26,142 nt of DNA, from the IMG/VR virus record IMGVR_UViG_3300035148_000147, positions 1-26,142 of that record; one strand, written 5' to 3'. Shown here in pieces: positions 23,438 through 26,142 of this stretch. The notes beneath the pieces were generated by a model. The model made no database searches. It was not told the DNA's origin and saw only the letters and a program-made list of their open reading frames with translations. Positions within the stretch are counted from its first letter, which is position 1, and each line of letters starts with the position of its first letter. The stretch comes from a virus. Its lineage: Duplodnaviria > Caudoviricetes. The translations under genes and the position numbers were made by a program.

Positions 23438-24199
23438 ATGGCACAGGAACCTAGGGGATACGTGGTATATGACGGGCCCTCGGCCCTTACAGGCGAACCG
23501 ATTATCGGTGTGGTTCTGGTCGGTTCCACGAACGTCAAGACGGCCGATATGGCACAGGTTTACATCTTGCACCGCGACATCGCACCGGGGCCGGCCGTGC
23601 ATAGCGGGGCCGACTCGGCCGTGTGCGGGAATTGCCCTCATCGGGGCTCGGTCGTCGACGGCAGGAACACCGGCCGCACGTGCTACGTGCTGGTGTTCCA
23701 AGGGCCCCGCTCGGTGTGGGAATCCTACCGGGCCGGCCGGTATCCCGTGGCCACGTTGGCCGAGGTTCGCGCCCGACTCGGTGGTAAGCCGGTGCGGCTC
23801 GGTGCGTATGGTGACCCGGCCGCGTTGCCGGCGTTCGTTTCGGCCGGGCTCGTCGACGGGGCCCGGAAGCACACGGGATACACTCATCAGTGGCGCGGGG
23901 CCGGGGCCCTGTTGCGGGACGTGTGCATGGCCAGTGTCGACACACCGGCCGAGGCGGCCGAGGCGGCCGGGGCCGGGTGGCGCTACTTCCGGGTGGCCGG
24001 GGCCGAGGGCACACTGGCCGGTGAGATTGTGTGCCCGGCATCCGAGGCGGCCGGCAAGGTGACTACGTGCGACCGGTGCGGACTGTGCAACGGGGCCCGG
24101 CCCGGCGACCGGCGGAAGAACATTGTGATCCTCGCTCACGGCAACGGGGCGGCCGCTATCCGGGCCCGTGCGGTGGCCGAGGGTCTGACGGGGCGGTAG
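23438..24199 (+). CDS. Conserved Cys-rich phage early protein (253 aa; DUF7227/GP88-like, possible Fe-S protein)
   Basis: ATG 23438 with SD GAAAGGTGG. SxNxKT, CGNCPHR...CYV, VRLGAYGDP, TGYTHQW, CPAS...TCDRCGLC and AHG motifs. Family name from memory. Confidence 0.7.
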   Translation: MAQEPRGYVVYDGPSALTGEPIIGVVLVGSTNVKTADMAQVYILHRDIAPGPAVHSGADSAVCGNCPHRGSVVDGRNTGRTCYVLVFQGPRSVWESYRAGRYPVATLAEVRARLGGKPVRLGAYGDPAALPAFVSAGLVDGARKHTGYTHQWRGAGALLRDVCMASVDTPAEAAEAAGAGWRYFRVAGAEGTLAGEIVCPASEAAGKVTTCDRCGLCNGARPGDRRKNIVILAHGNGAAAIRARAVAEGLTGR

Positions 24200-24326
24200 A
24201 GTCGGGGACCACGGCGGCCCGGTGACGGTGCGCACCCTCAGGGGGGTTTGACCACCGCCAGAAACGGCCGGGCCGCCAGCCCCGAAAACGAGGAGTGTCC
24301 ACTCCAGGTGACAGTGTAGGTGCGCT

Positions 24327-24905
24327 ATGAGAACACGAAGCTATCGTCGTCGGTCGGTGCGGCCCTCGGGCCCCCGCTACACTCTGCCCCCGGCCGAGCC
24401 GTGCATCCGGTGCGGTGACCTCTACCACTGGCCGACCACCGAGACGGTGCGGCTGTGCGAGCACTGCGGACTGCGGGAACAGGGCATCGAGCCCAAGGGC
24501 ACGAACCCGGACGGGACCGAGCCCCAGCTCATCTACCGGTATCCCGTCGTCCTGCAACGGTGCCACGTGTGCGAGCGGTTCGAGCCCCTCGACACCACGT
24601 CCGGCGACGGTCGGTGCTGGTACTGCGCCCTCGATGGCGAGGTGACCCCCTACGGCAAGATCTGCGAGGGGCCGATCTACCCGACCGGGGCGGTGCTGGT
24701 CACGCGGGACGGGCTCACGGTGCCCTGTGGCTCGGGGCTGGTCTCGGTCGAGGTCGTCGACCAGACCTCGGGCCCGGTCGGCACGAAGCACGTCAACCTC
24801 AGGGCCCCGGCTCGTGAGCTGCCCCGCTGGGGGCAGGGGTGGTCGGTGCGCACGGTCGAGGGTGACTGCCGGTGGTGGCTCACGAGCTGGGATAGCTCGG
24901 ACTAA
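24327..24905 (+). CDS. Zn-finger protein with four CxxC pairs (192 aa)
   Basis: CIRC, CEHC, CHVC, CWYC. ATG with AGGT upstream; G/C-ending codon bias. Confidence 0.65.
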   Translation: MRTRSYRRRSVRPSGPRYTLPPAEPCIRCGDLYHWPTTETVRLCEHCGLREQGIEPKGTNPDGTEPQLIYRYPVVLQRCHVCERFEPLDTTSGDGRCWYCALDGEVTPYGKICEGPIYPTGAVLVTRDGLTVPCGSGLVSVEVVDQTSGPVGTKHVNLRAPARELPRWGQGWSVRTVEGDCRWWLTSWDSSD

Positions 24906-24929
24906 AGTTCTCGGGACGGCTGCCGATTA
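24903..24929 (+). promoter_or_regulatory. Sigma28 (FliA/SigD/WhiG-type) promoter TAAAGTTC-N11-GCCGATTA
   Basis: 14/16 match to TAAAGTTT-N11-GCCGATAA with exact spacing, 30 nt upstream of ATG 24959. Confidence 0.65.
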
Positions 24930-24958
24930 GGGGTGTGTAAACGCGAGAGGGTGACACC

Positions 24959-25549
24959 ATGGCGAACAAGAGACTGCGGGTGCTGGTGGCGTGCGAGTAC
25001 AGCGGGGCGGTGCGTGATGCGTTCCGGGCCCTCGGGCATGACGCGGTGAGCTGTGACCTGCTCCCGACCGAGACGCCGGGCCCCCACTATCAGGGGGACG
25101 TGCGCGACCTGCTCACCGAGGGGCGCTGGGATCTCCTCATCGGGTTCCCGCCCTGCACGCACCTCGCCGTGAGCGGGGCCCGGTGGTTCAAGGCCAAGGG
25201 GCCCGAGGTGCAGGCCGAGGCGCTCGACTTCGTGCGGACCCTGATGTCCGCTCCGGTGCCGGCCATCGCCATCGAGAACCCGGTCTCGGTGATCAGCTCG
25301 CGGATCCGCAAGCCCGACCAGACGATCCAGCCGTGGATGTTTGGTCACGGCGAGGTCAAGCGCACGTGCCTGTGGCTCAAGGGGCTGCCCCCGCTGATGG
25401 CGACGGACGTGGTGTCGGGGCGTGAGCCTCGGGTGTGGAAGCTGGGCCCCGGCCCCGACCGGTGGCGCGAGCGTTCGCGGACCTTCGCGGGTGTGGCTCG
25501 GGCCATGGCCCAGCAGTGGTCGGACTACCTGACGCGGGACGAGGAGTAG
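24959..25549 (+). CDS. Short phage DNA (cytosine-5) methyltransferase-like protein (196 aa)
   Basis: RVLVACEYSG (variant motif I), DLLIGFPPCT (motif IV), IENPV (motif VI), QPWMFG...KRTCLW (motif VIII), RSRTF.GVARAMA.QW. SD GAGAGGG. Confidence 0.8.
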   Translation: MANKRLRVLVACEYSGAVRDAFRALGHDAVSCDLLPTETPGPHYQGDVRDLLTEGRWDLLIGFPPCTHLAVSGARWFKAKGPEVQAEALDFVRTLMSAPVPAIAIENPVSVISSRIRKPDQTIQPWMFGHGEVKRTCLWLKGLPPLMATDVVSGREPRVWKLGPGPDRWRERSRTFAGVARAMAQQWSDYLTRDEE

Positions 25550-25552
25550 ATC

Positions 25553-25741
25553 ATGGGTGAACCGCTGGCCATCGTCGGACTGCGCAACGTGGGGCGCTGG
25601 GTGCAGTCGTTCAAGATGGACAAGCACGGGCGCGAGGTCGTCGTCCTGACACGGGACCGGGCCGAGGCGGCCAAGTTCAACAGCACGGTGGCGTTCCGGG
25701 TGGCCCTCGCCCTCGACGCCTTCATCGAGAGGCTGGACTGA
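25553..25741 (+). CDS. Hypothetical protein (62 aa)
   Basis: ATG with SD GAGGAG, 3 nt after the methyltransferase stop. Confidence 0.65.
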   Translation: MGEPLAIVGLRNVGRWVQSFKMDKHGREVVVLTRDRAEAAKFNSTVAFRVALALDAFIERLD

Positions 25742-25742
25742 C

Positions 25743-25847
25743 GTGCGCGTGAAGATCGGCCCTGACTACGGGGCCTACGTCGAGACCATGAAGTCGGCCG
25801 GGGCGCGGCCCCTGCCCTACCGGGTGTGGCTACAGTCAGCGAGGTGA
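25743..25847 (+). CDS. Hypothetical small protein (34 aa, MRVKIGPDYGAYVETMKSAGARPLPYRVWLQSAR)
   Basis: GTG 1 nt after the previous stop; fills the gap exactly; G/C-ending codons. Confidence 0.5.
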   Translation: MRVKIGPDYGAYVETMKSAGARPLPYRVWLQSAR

Positions 25848-25851
25848 CACC

Positions 25852-26142
25852 ATGGCGCGGACCTACCGCAACGAGCGCACGGGATCGGGCAAGCACTGCG
25901 GGGCGCACGGCACGTGCGACTACTGCACCAGCAACCGCACGGTGCAGGCGCGACGGGCCCTGCTCGCGGCCGAGGAGCAGGAGCAGGAGTGGAAGCTCGG
26001 GGCCGAGCCCGAGCCGTTCGAGGTCGACTCGGTGCTCGACACGTTCGAGGTCGACGACGACATCGACTGGGGCTACGAGAAGTGGAAGGAACGCGAGATC
26101 GAGGCTGGCCGCATGGCGTGCGACTGCGAGCTGTGCAAGGAA
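25852..26142 (+). CDS. Partial CDS, Cys/His-containing phage protein (runs off the right edge)
   Basis: SD GAGGTG + ATG. MARTYRNERTGSGKHCGAHGTCDYCTSNR..., acidic middle, CDCELC near the edge. Confidence 0.65.
   Translation, partial: MARTYRNERTGSGKHCGAHGTCDYCTSNRTVQARRALLAAEEQEQEWKLGAEPEPFEVDSVLDTFEVDDDIDWGYEKWKEREIEAGRMACDCELCKE

Noticed and set aside
22543-23444. Short ORFs across the divergent junction, and the 72-codon N-terminal extension of 23222..24199
   Set aside because: Low-complexity P/R/G translations of repeats with no SD. ATG 23438 has an SD and sits behind a promoter.
24248-24290. TTGACC as a sigma70 -35 box before the Zn-finger gene
   Set aside because: No -10 hexamer at 16-18 nt spacing.
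12277-25817. KOPS (GGGNAGGG) polarity toward the dif-like site
   Set aside because: Several copies point toward dif, but others (about 22408 and 24832) point away. Numbers are small and confounded by coding-strand bias.
1-26142. Stop-codon reassignment
   Set aside because: TAA, TAG and TGA all end well-formed genes at sensible boundaries, and no gene appears fragmented.

Overview
A GC-rich segment of a tailed dsDNA phage with podovirus-like (P22/T7-style) morphogenesis genes, standard genetic code. From about 22,450 leftward, a minus-strand late region runs: DUF1353 protein, membrane-anchored beta protein, HNH, terminase large subunit, portal, probable terminase small subunit, second HNH, several small ORFs, an atypical initiator-type tRNA-Met(CAT), scaffold, major capsid protein, two paralogous decoration proteins, head-tail adaptor, nozzle, fibre module and ejection proteins. 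From about 23,440 rightward, a plus-strand early-type region encodes a Cys-rich protein, a Zn-finger protein, a short C5-methyltransferase-like protein and small ORFs. The most interesting part is the roughly 1 kb divergent non-coding junction (about 22,380-23,440). It holds a 28-bp XerC/D dif-like site, GGCCCC repeat tracts, nested palindromes, and candidate promoters for several host sigma factors (sigma70 leftward; sigma54 and ECF-type rightward), and a sigma28 promoter lies further right at 24,903. Other notable elements are a 97-nt closed-stem leader before terL and a structured, in-frame spacer after the capsid UAG. All family calls come from recalled motifs and synteny, and all counts and folds were done by hand; no search was run.
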